Assembly (NCBI GenBank): GCA_045159875.1
Contig: CP067995.1
Coordinates: 2,336,001-2,400,000, forward strand
Source: a cyanobacterium endosymbiont of Rhopalodia gibba
Lineage (GTDB): Bacteria; Cyanobacteriota; Cyanobacteriia; Cyanobacteriales; Microcystaceae
Reading direction: 5' to 3'
DNA: 64,000 nucleotides
Positions 48,451 to 59,831 of this stretch are shown one piece after another. Position 1 is the stretch's first letter. Every line of letters starts with the position of its first letter. The position numbers and the translations under genes were made by a program. The notes beneath the pieces were generated by a model. The model made no database searches, had not been told where the DNA came from, and saw nothing but the letters and a program-made list of their open reading frames with translations.

Positions 48451-51180
48451 TTATTTCAGACGATGCAGACGTTCTTGTAGAATTTCGGCTTGTTTTTGAG
48501 CTTCAGCTAAAGAATCCTTAGCCGCCTGAACCACTTTTTTAGGGGCCTTATTAACAAAGCTTGGATTATTAAGACGCTCAGTAAGAGATTTAACCTCTAC
48601 TTTAATCTTACTCAAATTTCTCTCCAGTTTTCCTTGAAGACTTGCAATATCGACAGCACCTGATAAAGGAATTAAGACTTGAACTGTCCCCACAACACCT
48701 GCAACGACCTGTCCAGTTTCTATTTCTAACTGGGGTGTAATAGTCAATTGTTCTACTTTCCCTAAATCCTGAATATAAATTTGGGCTGACTTTAGAATTG
48801 TCCTTTCTGTTTCATCTTCACTCTGTAAAATAACAGAAACTTTAAAGCCAGGTTTTATTTCAGCTTCGGCTCGTAAATTCCGCAGAGTACGAATGGTTCC
48901 GATAATAAGGTTAAATGACTCTTCTAATTCAGTATTAATAAGTTGGGGGTCAGAAGTAGGATAATTTTGTAAAGCCAGAAATTCATTGCTAGCTTGGCTT
49001 AAAGTCTGCCAAATTTCTTCGGTAATATGAGGCATAAAGGGATGTAGTAGCCTCAGAATATTATCGAGAATATAGGCTAAGGTCTGTTGGGCAACTAGGC
49101 GAGATTCAGTGTTAGCACCCTTCCAAAGACGAGTTTTAACTAATTCGATGTACCAGTCACAAAAGTCTCCCCAAATGAACTCATATAGCCCTTTAGCCGC
49201 TTCTCCTAACCCATAAGTTTCGATATAGTTCTTAGTTTGCTGAACCAATCGATAGAAACGGGATAAAATCCAGCGATCGCATAATTCTAATTTTTCTACT
49301 TCTGAAAATCCCAAAATTTCAGGAGTTTTTCCCTCTAAGTTCATCATGACAAATCGCGCTGCATTCCACAGTTTATTGGCGAAGTTTCGAGAAGCTTCGA
49401 TGGATTCGGATTCATCAGTTTTACGATTATATTGTAAGCTGATATCTTGACCTGCCCCTGCGACTTCTCTGATCAGAGTGTAACGGAGGGCATCGGTTCC
49501 ATAACTTTTAATTAAAACTAAAGGATCAATCCCATTGTTAAAAGATTTAGACATTTTCTTTCCGTTTTCATCTCTAACCAATCCATGTATATACACATCT
49601 TGAAATGGTATTTGATCGGTGAAATAACCTGCCATCATGGTCATACGGGCAACCCAAAAGAAGATAATATCAAACCCTGTAACTAAAGTACTGGTCGGAT
49701 AGTAGACTTTAAAATCTTCAGTATTTTCAGGCCAACCTAATGTTGAAAAAGGCCATAAACTGGAAGAAAACCAGGTGTCGAGAACGTCAGGATCTTGTTC
49801 TAATTTAATATTATCCCCGTATTTTTCTTGAGCTTTTTCGATAGCTTCTATTTCATTAGAAGCCACAACAAATGGAGTATAATCTGTAATTGTGTTGTTG
49901 GTTTCACTAATTACATACCAAGCAGGAATTTGATGCCCCCACCATAATTGACGGGAGATACACCAGTCTTTTAATCTAATCAACCAATCTCGATATACTT
50001 TTGTCCAGTGGTCGGGGACAAAGCGGGGATAATTGTGTTTATCCAAAAAGGTTAATGCTTTTTGGGAAAGAGGATCAATTTTGACAAACCATTGGGTTGA
50101 TAATAAAGGTTCGATAGGAACTTTACCGCGATCACTATAAGGAACTGCATGGCGGTATTCTTCTACTTTAATTAGAAACCCTTCTTGTTCAAGTTTCTTA
50201 ACGATATTTTTCCGTGCAACATAACGGTCCTGTCCTTTGAATATTCCGGCATTTTCATTCAGTGTGCCGTCTTTATTCATAATATTAATAAAGGACAAGT
50301 TATGACAGGTTCCCATTTGGAAATCATTGGGGTCATGCGCAGGAGTAACTTTAACGCAACCTGTACCAAATTCAGGGTCAACTAATTCATCAGCAAAAAT
50401 AGGAATTTCTCGACCAACAATAGGTAAAGTTAAGGTTTTTCCAATTAACTTCTTATAACGTTTATCTTTAGGATTAACGGCTACTCCTGTATCTCCTAAA
50501 ATGGTTTCAGGTCGAGTGGTTGCAACTTGCACATAGCCACTGCCATCGGTTAAGGGGTAACGAAAATACCATAGATGACCATCCACCTCCTTGTTCTCCA
50601 CTTCTAGATCTGAGACAGCAGAAAGAGATGCAGGACACCAATTAACTAAATAATTTCCTCTATAAATTAACCCTGCTTCGTAAAGGTTAACAAAAGCTTT
50701 TATGACTGCTTTAGAAAGTCTTTCATCGAGGGTAAACCGCTCCCGCGACCAGTCTGCAGAAAGTCCCACTCGTTTCAACTGGTCGATAATCTTTCCCCCC
50801 GACTCTTGTTTCCATTCCCAAGCGTGTCTGAGGAACTCTTCTCTCCCGACATCATAGCGGGTTTTTCCCTCTGCTTTCAACTTGCGATCAAGAATGGTAT
50901 GAACTGCGATACTTGCATGGTCGGTTCCAGGAAGACAGAGAACATTATAACCGCACATTCGATGATAACGCACCAGAACGTCTATTAAACAGTCTTCAAA
51001 GGCGTGACCCATGTGGAGACTTCCTGTGACATTAGGAGGGGGAATAACGATAGTGTAAGGTTTTCCTGGGTGGTTGGGGTCTGCCTTAAAGACTTGGTAG
51101 GTTTCCCAAGCATTTTGCCATTTAGATTCGGTCGTTTTGGGGTCGTATTGGGGGGGTAAAGTGGATGGGTTTACGGTCAT
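48451..51180 (-). CDS. valS: Valine-tRNA ligase
   Basis: [31 protein letters not shown]-terminal coiled coil; start set at MTVNP (track start 51231). Confidence 0.98.
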   Translation of the reverse strand: MTVNPSTLPPQYDPKTTESKWQNAWETYQVFKADPNHPGKPYTIVIPPPNVTGSLHMGHAFEDCLIDVLVRYHRMCGYNVLCLPGTDHASIAVHTILDRKLKAEGKTRYDVGREEFLRHAWEWKQESGGKIIDQLKRVGLSADWSRERFTLDERLSKAVIKAFVNLYEAGLIYRGNYLVNWCPASLSAVSDLEVENKEVDGHLWYFRYPLTDGSGYVQVATTRPETILGDTGVAVNPKDKRYKKLIGKTLTLPIVGREIPIFADELVDPEFGTGCVKVTPAHDPNDFQMGTCHNLSFINIMNKDGTLNENAGIFKGQDRYVARKNIVKKLEQEGFLIKVEEYRHAVPYSDRGKVPIEPLLSTQWFVKIDPLSQKALTFLDKHNYPRFVPDHWTKVYRDWLIRLKDWCISRQLWWGHQIPAWYVISETNNTITDYTPFVVASNEIEAIEKAQEKYGDNIKLEQDPDVLDTWFSSSLWPFSTLGWPENTEDFKVYYPTSTLVTGFDIIFFWVARMTMMAGYFTDQIPFQDVYIHGLVRDENGKKMSKSFNNGIDPLVLIKSYGTDALRYTLIREVAGAGQDISLQYNRKTDESESIEASRNFANKLWNAARFVMMNLEGKTPEILGFSEVEKLELCDRWILSRFYRLVQQTKNYIETYGLGEAAKGLYEFIWGDFCDWYIELVKTRLWKGANTESRLVAQQTLAYILDNILRLLHPFMPHITEEIWQTLSQASNEFLALQNYPTSDPQLINTELEESFNLIIGTIRTLRNLRAEAEIKPGFKVSVILQSEDETERTILKSAQIYIQDLGKVEQLTITPQLEIETGQVVAGVVGTVQVLIPLSGAVDIASLQGKLERNLSKIKVEVKSLTERLNNPSFVNKAPKKVVQAAKDSLAEAQKQAEILQERLHRLK

Positions 51181-51515
51181 GAACAATAGAAGGGTATGGG
51201 TATGATTATCTTCTCTATCAAATTGTGACACAACAAGTTAAGTAATTCAATTTAACATTCTTTACTAAGACTTCATGATTTTTGTTTTGGATATTACAGT
51301 AGGTTTTCTCTAAAAGTACCATTATAAATTCATTGGAAAAACACACTAGAGTCTAATTTAGACCTGTGTTTATAGAGTTATTTTTTTTACTGAAAAATGG
51401 GTAGAATATATTGGAAATACTATCAAAAAAAGTCAACTAATACCAATTAAATTGTTATTAGTTATCTATGTTTTTTTTTAAAATTAGAATAATTTTAAAT
51501 CGTCTAATAATTAAG

Positions 51516-51548
51516 CCCATTGATATTTTTTCAAAAAATATCAATGGG
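51516..51548. repeat. Perfect palindrome, 16-bp arms
   Basis: cccattgatatttttt-c-aaaaaatatcaatggg. Confidence 0.93.
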
Positions 51549-52030
51549 TGCTCATCAATATTAATAATATAGCTTTTAATTTATAGCTAGTACATAAATA
51601 TTTTTTTAAAAACGATTAAAAATAGATTAAAATTTACTAACGTTAATACTGGCTTAAAATGAAAGAAAGAAAATCTTAACTTATCAATCTCTAATTTTTT
51701 AGCAAAGTTAGCAACTTTATTAAACCACTTTAAAAAAAAATATAATAATTAGAAAAAGAGAGAACAAGTTAATAAAAAAAATACATTTAACTCTATGTTT
51801 GAGCTGCCATATACAGTCCTACAAAAGTGACAGAAAACTATTCAGTAAAAAAAATACGGTTTATTATTTAGTTTTAATAAGCTAACTATTTCAGTTACTA
51901 GTACTTTTTGTAATTTTAATAAAAAAACTAAAAATTTTTATTAAAATTAAGGATGGTTAAAATTATAAAACTAAGAAAGATATACAAAAAAAATTATTTT
52001 GGACGATTTTACAAAATTAAAGCTTTAAGT

Positions 52031-52076
52031 TACTATTAAAAAATAAATAATTTTAATTATTTATTTTTTAATAGTA
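52031..52076. repeat. Perfect palindrome, 22-bp arms
   Basis: tactattaaaaaataaataatt-tt-aattatttattttttaatagta. Confidence 0.88.
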
Positions 52077-52538
52077 TAGTTAAAAAAGAGTAATTATCTA
52101 GAGTCCAGTTTACCTAAAGATTCAGTTAACATAATTAGAAGAGTAAGAACTCTAAAACTTGAATCACATCAAAAAATTTCTTTCATAACGAGAAGAATAG
52201 CAGAAGTTTCTCTATTTAAGTAGAAGAGTATAGAAATTTTAAAATTGCATATCGAGTAGATTTATCATAAAATACATAAAAATTATTTTTATATAGATTA
52301 TTAGAGATTATTTAAGAAAGAGAAGAATTGTGTAATCCTCCGAAACTAAATTTATATATGCAGTTAATAATAATTAAATTATTAATAATTAATATTATAT
52401 TTATTCTTGTATTCTTTTTTCCTAAAAAAGTTAAAATAAAATGAAAATGAGACATAAGTAATTTTTTTTTTGAATAAACTAAATATACTCAATCCGATTC
52501 TTCACAGAAGTGTAAACATATGATAATTTTGTTTTAGT

Positions 52539-53450
52539 TTAATCAAATCCATGAATAACTAATTCATAGTATTCTTGATGAATTGCTTCAAGACTATTTT
52601 GCAATTCTTGTGCATGAACCAAACCGACACATCCTGAATATAAACATTCTCTATTTTTATTCGCTAGAAAAACATAAAGAATATTGAGAGAATTTTTCCA
52701 AATACGAATACTTTTTCCATCCTGAAATAATAAATAAACCTGGGATCTTTCAAGATCACGGTTTTGAGTATATGTCATCCCTGGAACTGCTTGTAAACGT
52801 TCAATTAAAATAATTGTAAAGTCTTTTTTGGGAATTACTTGAATGGGTAAAAAATCCCAAAATTTCTGAATAACTTCCACAACCTGTGGAGAGGTTTTTA
52901 ATTTAGCATGAGAAAGATTTGGTAGGCAGGTAAATTTACCAAATATGACTTGAGTTGTCTCAATCCTGATAGTTCCATCACTTTTATTACCAAGATCTCC
53001 TGCAATTGATAAAGTCGGAATAGATTGAGCTATTTTTTCAGTAACAGCTTGACGACTTTTCAATAAATATTTAGCTATTTTAGTCTCTGAAGGGTTAAGA
53101 ATACCAAATGATTCTACTCCATTAATAGGACAACCAATCAAAACAATTGAGTTAACTTTTGACCATAATTCGGGATGTTTAGCTAGAAAGTCTAACCAAA
53201 GTAAACCCCCTAACGAATAACCGATAATACGCCAAGGTATATCAGGATAGCTGTCCAAAACCTCAACTACTTTTTGTTCAATAAGTTCAAGAATATCTTC
53301 ACTTTCAATCCATGTTTTTAACCATCCAAAATTGAGGGCAACAATTTGATTTTTTGCTGTTTTTAAGGTTTTTACAAGTTGTAGGATATCTTGATGTGTA
53401 TCAGTCCACCCGTGTTGCACAAATAGGATACAATCTGGAGGGTCAATCAT
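52539..53450 (-). CDS. Alpha/beta hydrolase (lipase-like)
   Basis: QHGW oxyanion motif, GYSLGG, SDG, SHAKL. Confidence 0.8.
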   Translation of the reverse strand: MIDPPDCILFVQHGWTDTHQDILQLVKTLKTAKNQIVALNFGWLKTWIESEDILELIEQKVVEVLDSYPDIPWRIIGYSLGGLLWLDFLAKHPELWSKVNSIVLIGCPINGVESFGILNPSETKIAKYLLKSRQAVTEKIAQSIPTLSIAGDLGNKSDGTIRIETTQVIFGKFTCLPNLSHAKLKTSPQVVEVIQKFWDFLPIQVIPKKDFTIILIERLQAVPGMTYTQNRDLERSQVYLLFQDGKSIRIWKNSLNILYVFLANKNRECLYSGCVGLVHAQELQNSLEAIHQEYYELVIHGFD

Positions 53451-53462
53451 GGTCTTGAATGA

Positions 53463-54116
53463 TTAATAATATCGCTTTGCGGCTAAAGCGATGGCTTGAG
53501 GAAAAATGATATGTTCTTGAACTTGAATACGAGCTTGTAGTGTCTCTGGGGTATCATTCGGTAAAATAGGAACAGCCGCCTGTGATAATATTAGTCCACT
53601 GTCGACTTCTGAACTGGCAATGTGAGCCGTGCATCCGGTAATCTTAACACCTGCAGCCAAGGCTTGTTCAACGGCGCGAATTCCTCTAAAACTTGGTAAT
53701 AAACTCGGATGAATATTAATGACGTGGTTAGGATAGGCTTCTAATAGAACATGAGTAACAATACGCATCCACCCAGCCATAACGACCCATTCTACCTGAT
53801 GCTGTTGTAAAGTCTCAACAATAGCCCGATCCAAGTCTCCCCGTTGCTTAAACTTGCGATGATTGAGTAATACTGCCCGAATCTTTAATCTTTGCGCTTT
53901 TTCTTTAACTTTCGCTCCAGGATTATTATAGACCAATACGGGAATCTCAGCATTTAGTTTTCCTTCCTTTATTGCTTGAACAATAGCTTCAAAATTTGTC
54001 CCACTTCCCGACGCTAAAATTCCCAATTTTAGGGGATATTCTAACTCAAGTTCTTTAGAAGATAATTGAGGAGAGATAAAGTTAGGAGTCGACTGAGAAG
54101 AAGCAGAAAAATTCAT
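53463..54116 (-). CDS. purN: Phosphoribosylglycinamide formyltransferase
   Basis: LASGSGTNF, MAGWMRI, INIHPSLLP, TGCT.H, QEH. Confidence 0.97.
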   Translation of the reverse strand: MNFSASSQSTPNFISPQLSSKELELEYPLKLGILASGSGTNFEAIVQAIKEGKLNAEIPVLVYNNPGAKVKEKAQRLKIRAVLLNHRKFKQRGDLDRAIVETLQQHQVEWVVMAGWMRIVTHVLLEAYPNHVINIHPSLLPSFRGIRAVEQALAAGVKITGCTAHIASSEVDSGLILSQAAVPILPNDTPETLQARIQVQEHIIFPQAIALAAKRYY

Positions 54117-54172
54117 GGATATTCTAGATGGATATTCTAGACAGTAACTAAAGTTAAGTATACAGTTAAGTT

Positions 54173-55246
54173 CTAATCATTTTTGTATAATTGAAACTGT
54201 TTTTTAACCATTGTTTGGACTTGGCTAATGGTAGGATTTATTTCATAGATTTGTTGTCGTGAACCTTTTAAATATGCCTGCTGTTCTTGTTCAATCATGG
54301 TAATATCTTGTTTTACTAGTCCATCTAACATTTTTTGTGCTGATCCAAACAAACTATTTTTAATCCAACGTCGAAACCAGATGGGTAGTTTATGAAGTCT
54401 CCAAAAAGCATCTAAAGAAGTAAAATGAATTAAATAAGCACGAGTATAAGTCTTATTAATGGGACAGAATAAACAATAGATTTTAAAGTCCTTTCCTAGG
54501 GTTGACATCCAATGGGGATAAATATAACTAACTTGTAAAAGTTCAGGATGTAATCGGCGCAAACGAGGAAAAAAAAGTTGAAAAATCGACCATATTTTAT
54601 CTATCTTATAGTAGCTTTTGGTTTCATATAGGGCGTCTACTCGTTTCTCATTAGATGAGAGTTTAGCTAATTTAGCTGAATTCCAAGCTTGATAATTTTC
54701 ATGTAAATGTCCATGATACATATCCATTAAATTTTCAATCAAAAATGAGAAATGTCCTCGACATTCAATAGTTGAAACAGTTGCAATATAGTTGAGATGC
54801 TCCCATTCAGGAATTTCTAACGGTTGCTCATAGGTTTCTTGTAATTTCTTCGAGTCTCCTAAAAATAACCAAATAAACCCATCCGACTCCCAAACCGGAT
54901 AGGACGTAATTTGACAGTTAGGTAACTTGTTTTTCTTATTTAAATAGGGAACAAATATACACTTTCCTTCCCGATTAAATCGCCATCCATGATAAGCACA
55001 TTCTAAGCTATTTCCAATGATTTTACCACTACTTAGTTTTACTTGACGGTGAGGACAGCTATTTTCAATGGCTTGGACTTTTCTTTGTTCATCTCGATAG
55101 AGTACGACAGAATAGTCCCAAACCATAACTTCTAATGGTTCATCATTTACCTCTAGACTCCGAGCCACAACATACCAGTAATTAAGATTAATTCCACAGG
55201 TACGAACATCAACAGTTTTGGTGGTGTTGGTTGAAAATTTAGCCAT
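54173..55246 (-). CDS. Rieske non-heme iron oxygenase alpha subunit
   Basis: CPHR...CAYHGW Rieske motif; ENLMDMYHGHLH iron site. Confidence 0.9.
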   Translation of the reverse strand: MAKFSTNTTKTVDVRTCGINLNYWYVVARSLEVNDEPLEVMVWDYSVVLYRDEQRKVQAIENSCPHRQVKLSSGKIIGNSLECAYHGWRFNREGKCIFVPYLNKKNKLPNCQITSYPVWESDGFIWLFLGDSKKLQETYEQPLEIPEWEHLNYIATVSTIECRGHFSFLIENLMDMYHGHLHENYQAWNSAKLAKLSSNEKRVDALYETKSYYKIDKIWSIFQLFFPRLRRLHPELLQVSYIYPHWMSTLGKDFKIYCLFCPINKTYTRAYLIHFTSLDAFWRLHKLPIWFRRWIKNSLFGSAQKMLDGLVKQDITMIEQEQQAYLKGSRQQIYEINPTISQVQTMVKKQFQLYKND

Positions 55247-55299
55247 TGCCTCATGTGGTTTATAGGCAGTAATTTCGAACTCATTCTAAATGACTCACC

Positions 55300-55780
55300 T
55301 TTAACATAACACTAAAAAAATATAATGTGAAGCATTAGAAGCATTAATGGATAATCGTTATAGATGAGAGTAAAGGAAATCATTAAACTTGGATATCAAG
55401 TAGTGTGAGGAACAGAAAAAATAGTCCATGAGGATCAATTGAAATGTAAAGTCCTTTTTCTCGGTGCTTGGAGCTATAGGTGAATCAAAACTTCTAGCAA
55501 TTAATGCCAAATTAACCAATTTATCTCTACTTGTTTGCGAGTAAAAGTCCGTACTGCACCTTCAAACAAGTTCAATAAAATTGGGACTTTCTCGCTAAAA
55601 CTTTTTCTTTTCTTGTCTATGACATTCACTTTGATACAATTGAATACGATGGCTCGAGCCATTATTTTTATCCAAAAGCTAGGTTTAACCACTTTAACCA
55701 CTTTCAAGGTGGGTTAACTTGAGAAACTTGGTTATTTTTGGGCGTATCCTATCACAGCTAATCTATTTTAGAAATAAACT
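55300..55780 (-). pseudogene. Possible unidentified pseudogene
   Basis: Coding-like composition; fragments HRIQLYQSECHR, SPNFIELV*, LVNLALIARSFDSPIAPST, DPHGLFF in shifting frames. Confidence 0.35.
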
Positions 55781-55898
55781 TTATCTCCTCCCATTACTAA
55801 TTATTAGCTACACGGATAAGGTAAAATCAGGAACTGCTCCAGACATAATTCAGCTTTTCTTAACAGAAACTTTGCCATTACAATTATTTAGAACAGTT

Positions 55899-56360
55899 AT
55901 GAAATTAGCAATCAAAATTGAGTCCATTCTCTATTTAAAAGGTAAACCCTTGTCCTTAACAAAAATTGCTCAATGTGCTGATTGCGAAGTGGATGAGGTA
56001 CAAGAAGCTATCATTGAATTAATGTCAGACTATGCGTATCGAGACAGCGAGTTAGAAGTACGAGAAATGTCTCAAGGCTATAGCCTACAGCTACGACCAA
56101 TATTCGACAGCTTGATAGATGACTCAATTCCTGCAGAATTTTAAAAGGGAACCCTTCGAACCTTAGCTGCAATCGCTCTCAAAAATCCTATTGTACAAAC
56201 TGACTTGATTGAACTCAGTGGCAGCAGTGCCTATCAACACGTTCAAGAATTGCTTAGACTAGGATTTGTTCGCAAATATTGTCATCAAAATGGACGATAA
56301 TACTGGTTGAAAAATACTGATAAATTTCATCAGTATTTTGAAATTGATAAATTTTCTTAG
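55899..56360 (+). pseudogene. scpB: SMC-Scp complex subunit ScpB with two in-frame stops
   Basis: KIESILY.KGKP, GYSLQL, PAEF*KGTLRTLAAIALKNPI, AYQHVQEL, NGR*YWL..TDKFHQYF; TAA at 56142 and 56298. Confidence 0.9.
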
Positions 56361-56539
56361 TATACACATTAACAGTTATCATATAACATTTTATATTAAA
56401 AATATTGGACCACTTTAAACCCAAAAATAGCTTACCAAATATCTTCCTTGATTATTACAAAAACTTAATGAAGGTAGCTTTTAATACTTAAAATATTGCA
56501 AAATGTAAAAATTAGACTAGCCCGTTTGATCGAATACCT

Positions 56540-56914
56540 GTGACTGACCAGTTTACCCAACTTAAAGATGTCATTGGACGATTGTCCTCAACCCTAATAG
56601 CTATGGTTGTTATCACCCTTGTATTAATAGTAGGTTGGTATTTGCACGAAGCGTCTGAACCCTATGTTCAAGAAGTCTTATCTCTTAAAGGAGACATGAA
56701 CAAGGGACGGGCTATCTTTGAAATTAACTGTGCAGGATGTCATGGCTTACAAGCTGATAGAAGCGTAGGGCCCAGTTTACATCAAGTACACAAACATAAA
56801 TCTAAAATTAAACTTATTCATCAAGTTATCAGTGGAAAAACGCCGCCTATGCCAAAATTTAAGCCTAGTTCTCAAGAAATGTCCGATTTACTTAGTTATT
56901 TAGAGCATCTTTAA
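56540..56914 (+). CDS. cytM: Cytochrome cM
   Basis: N-terminal TM, CAGCHG, VGPSL, QVISGKTPPMPKF. Confidence 0.9.
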   Translation: MTDQFTQLKDVIGRLSSTLIAMVVITLVLIVGWYLHEASEPYVQEVLSLKGDMNKGRAIFEINCAGCHGLQADRSVGPSLHQVHKHKSKIKLIHQVISGKTPPMPKFKPSSQEMSDLLSYLEHL

Positions 56915-56925
56915 GTTAAGAAATT

Positions 56926-57723
56926 ATGTTTTGGTATGACGGGGAATTGATGGAAACAGAAACTATTTCTGTTAAGGTAACCGAACCGGGTTTAATTTAT
57001 GGGGCAACAGTATTTACAACATTACGTGTCTATCAAAAGTCTCTTGACCATCGTTTGACCCAATGGTCTACTCATTGTCATCGACTCGAATGCAGCTTAA
57101 AAACCTTTGGTTGGACGTTACCTAATTGGCAACAATTACGCCAAGAAGCCGAAGTATTAATTTACTATTATCCTGTCTTAAGATTAACGGTTTTTCCTGA
57201 TGGGAAAGAATGGATTACGGGACGTTTTTTACCTAAAGATTTAGAACAATCTCAACAACAAGGGATAAAAGGATGGGTCGCTAACACTAGTTTATATAAA
57301 CGATCTTTAGCTAATTATAAAACTGGCAACTATTTAGGAACATTTTTAGCTTTACAAAAAGCTGAAAAATTAGGCTTTAAAGAAACAATTTTAGTTGATA
57401 ACCAAGGAAATTGGTTAGAAACTAGTACAGGGAATCTTTGGGGATATAAACAGGGGGAATGGTATACACCCCCTATCAAAGAAGCAATCTTACCAGGAAT
57501 CGGACAATCACAGTTATTATCTTGGTTGAATCATCAACAAATTCCTATTAATCAAACCCAATGGAATTTAGATCTTATTAAAAGTTTAGAGATCATTGCT
57601 TATGGTAACAGTGTGGTTGAAATCATCCCTTTCACTTTGATAGAAATGGAAGGTAAAAGTCTTAATCTTAATACATCGTATTCAAATCTTAAACAATTAC
57701 AAGATTATTACCGGTCTAATTAA
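56926..57723 (+). CDS. Class IV aminotransferase (4-amino-4-deoxychorismate lyase-like)
   Basis: YGATVFTTLR, KTGNY, ETSTGNL, ILPGI. Confidence 0.85.
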   Translation: MFWYDGELMETETISVKVTEPGLIYGATVFTTLRVYQKSLDHRLTQWSTHCHRLECSLKTFGWTLPNWQQLRQEAEVLIYYYPVLRLTVFPDGKEWITGRFLPKDLEQSQQQGIKGWVANTSLYKRSLANYKTGNYLGTFLALQKAEKLGFKETILVDNQGNWLETSTGNLWGYKQGEWYTPPIKEAILPGIGQSQLLSWLNHQQIPINQTQWNLDLIKSLEIIAYGNSVVEIIPFTLIEMEGKSLNLNTSYSNLKQLQDYYRSN

Positions 57724-58123
57724 AGTAGAGAGAAACACAGTAGCCATTCTGTTTTTGAAATATAACTTTTATAGTTTTTGTTGTTCTAATTCTGTTAGCT
57801 TAACTTTTGGACAAGCTGGAATTTAGTTTGATGCTATTTTCCAAATTTTATTCTGTTCTAGTAGACATATTTCAAATTACTTGTTTATGACTCACACCTT
57901 ATACCAGAACTAAATAACTTTAAAAACAACATGAAGAAAATAAATTGGTGATGAATCGATTATAAATTTTTATGACTATTACTTATTACTTTCTTATTTG
58001 AGATTGAAACAAGTCTATTCCTAATTAAGTGTTATATCTGAGTCTAATACGAATAGAAATAGGAACACAAACCATTCTAGATTGTGTCCCTAATGAGCCC
58101 AAAATACTACCAAATAAATTGAT

Positions 58124-59557
58124 TTAATTAACAAAATTTTCTTCAGTAGTTCCTTCATGAATTGTCTTAACCCATTTAAGACGTTTAGGAAAAATCGCCA
58201 TTCGAATAGTGACACTAGGAATAATAATAAACCAGTGCATCATATAAAAAGTTCCCTTCAAAGATAACCACATCAATCGAAACACATCTACAATCCCCAA
58301 ATTTTTGTTTTTTTCATTGCGACGTAACCCATTAAATACACCCCAAGAAGACAAAGATAAAATTAATATGGTTAACGGACTAAAAATTGGTAAGTGATGA
58401 CGTAAAATTACCATCAAAAAGTCAGGAAATACTGCCATTAATATCAAATACTGCATGACAATAAACGATAGCATATCAACCTTTTTCGTCCAGCCAATGT
58501 GCTCATTAAGAATCAACCGCCAATAATCTAAATATCGTTGATACCCTCCCTCTCCCCAACGGTTTCGTTGATGCCAAAGAGATGTTACTGTTGTTACTCC
58601 TTCCTCTTTCACAGTAGGAGCGGATAAAAAGCCAATTTTCCAATTGTCCAAGTGTAACCGAATAGTTAAATCAAGATCATCTGTAATTGTTTGTTCATTC
58701 CATCCCCCACAACGAGATAAAGCTAAACGCCTAACAAATTGTCCATTACCGCGCAATTCTCCAATTCCCCCGAGCGCAACCCGTTGCTGTTGAAAATAGC
58801 CATCGAGGGCCATCTCTATTCCCTGTCCTTTCGTCCAAAAATTCAGAGATGCATTAGCGATATCCTTGCGAACTTGAACCGCTCCTACCGTTTTGTCTTT
58901 AAATAAAGGAACTACACAACGTAATAAATCCTGAGAAACCTTAGCATCCGCATCAAAAACCGCAATAATATCTCCATGAGTTTGGGATAATGCCTGATTT
59001 AATGCTCCTGATTTTCCTCCTTCTCCATTAGCCGGACGACAAATCACATTGAGTTGAGAATACTTTTTGGCTAATTGCGCTAAAATTCGGGGAGTGTTAT
59101 CAGTACTGTAATCATCAACTACCCACAAGTTATATTTATCAGTAGGATAATCCAAATTACACAAAGTCGTTATCAGTTGACCAATAACCGCCTCCTCATT
59201 TTTAGCCGCTACTAACAAAGAAACCGAAGGAACATGACCATTAGCAATAACTTCATCAGACAAAGGACTCGGCACATCCTCCGGTTTAGCGGTTATCAGA
59301 CGTAACGTTTGGATAAAAAATAACCCTGTTAGTACTAAAACAACCCAAGTCCCCCAATTTACTAAATGAAGAACAATAGTAATACCCCAAACAGTCATAA
59401 GGACAAAAGCAGCTTTTTTACGCCGTCCTGATAATCCTTGGAAAAAATTGTTTCTAAATTTTTCTTCTTCATCTTGGAGATCAGACCATTCCGATAATAA
59501 TGAACTGAAGGGATCCAAGTTCTGAGCAGCTTCGTCTGACCAATAATTATTTTGCAT
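58124..59557 (-). CDS. mgdA: Monoglucosyldiacylglycerol synthase (GT2)
   Basis: RRKKAA + TM, AAKNEE, DDYSTD, GGKSGALN, FDAD, ELRGNGQ, TDDLD, QRNRW, WVKT. Confidence 0.88.
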   Translation of the reverse strand: MQNNYWSDEAAQNLDPFSSLLSEWSDLQDEEEKFRNNFFQGLSGRRKKAAFVLMTVWGITIVLHLVNWGTWVVLVLTGLFFIQTLRLITAKPEDVPSPLSDEVIANGHVPSVSLLVAAKNEEAVIGQLITTLCNLDYPTDKYNLWVVDDYSTDNTPRILAQLAKKYSQLNVICRPANGEGGKSGALNQALSQTHGDIIAVFDADAKVSQDLLRCVVPLFKDKTVGAVQVRKDIANASLNFWTKGQGIEMALDGYFQQQRVALGGIGELRGNGQFVRRLALSRCGGWNEQTITDDLDLTIRLHLDNWKIGFLSAPTVKEEGVTTVTSLWHQRNRWGEGGYQRYLDYWRLILNEHIGWTKKVDMLSFIVMQYLILMAVFPDFLMVILRHHLPIFSPLTILILSLSSWGVFNGLRRNEKNKNLGIVDVFRLMWLSLKGTFYMMHWFIIIPSVTIRMAIFPKRLKWVKTIHEGTTEENFVN

Positions 59558-59831
59558 AAATCGATGTTTTGATTAATTCGTTTGCTTTGATGCTAACAAC
59601 TTTCGTTATTCTCTTTGTTCGTTTGTTGCCTGCTTTACACTTTAAGGTTTTATTCTAGCGGAGAATGCAAATTTTGTTTGTTGGTGTTTTTTGGGGGTCA
59701 TTTCGGTTAAACATTAAGGATGAAAAACTATAATGGGGAGGCTATACTGGCACGTCGGCTACTGTTAAAATAAAAGCGAACTATTCCTTATTTTTCATCT
59801 ATATTAACAAATAAATAAGTCTAATCATTTT

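Noticed and set aside
55719..55898. N-terminal extension of the 141-aa track ORF
   Set aside because: ScpB similarity starts at ATG 55899; the extension is incidental open frame
56142..56300. Stop-codon reassignment or readthrough explaining scpB and mazG stops
   Set aside because: TAA, TAG and TGA all terminate intact genes here, and other pseudogenes also carry frameshifts
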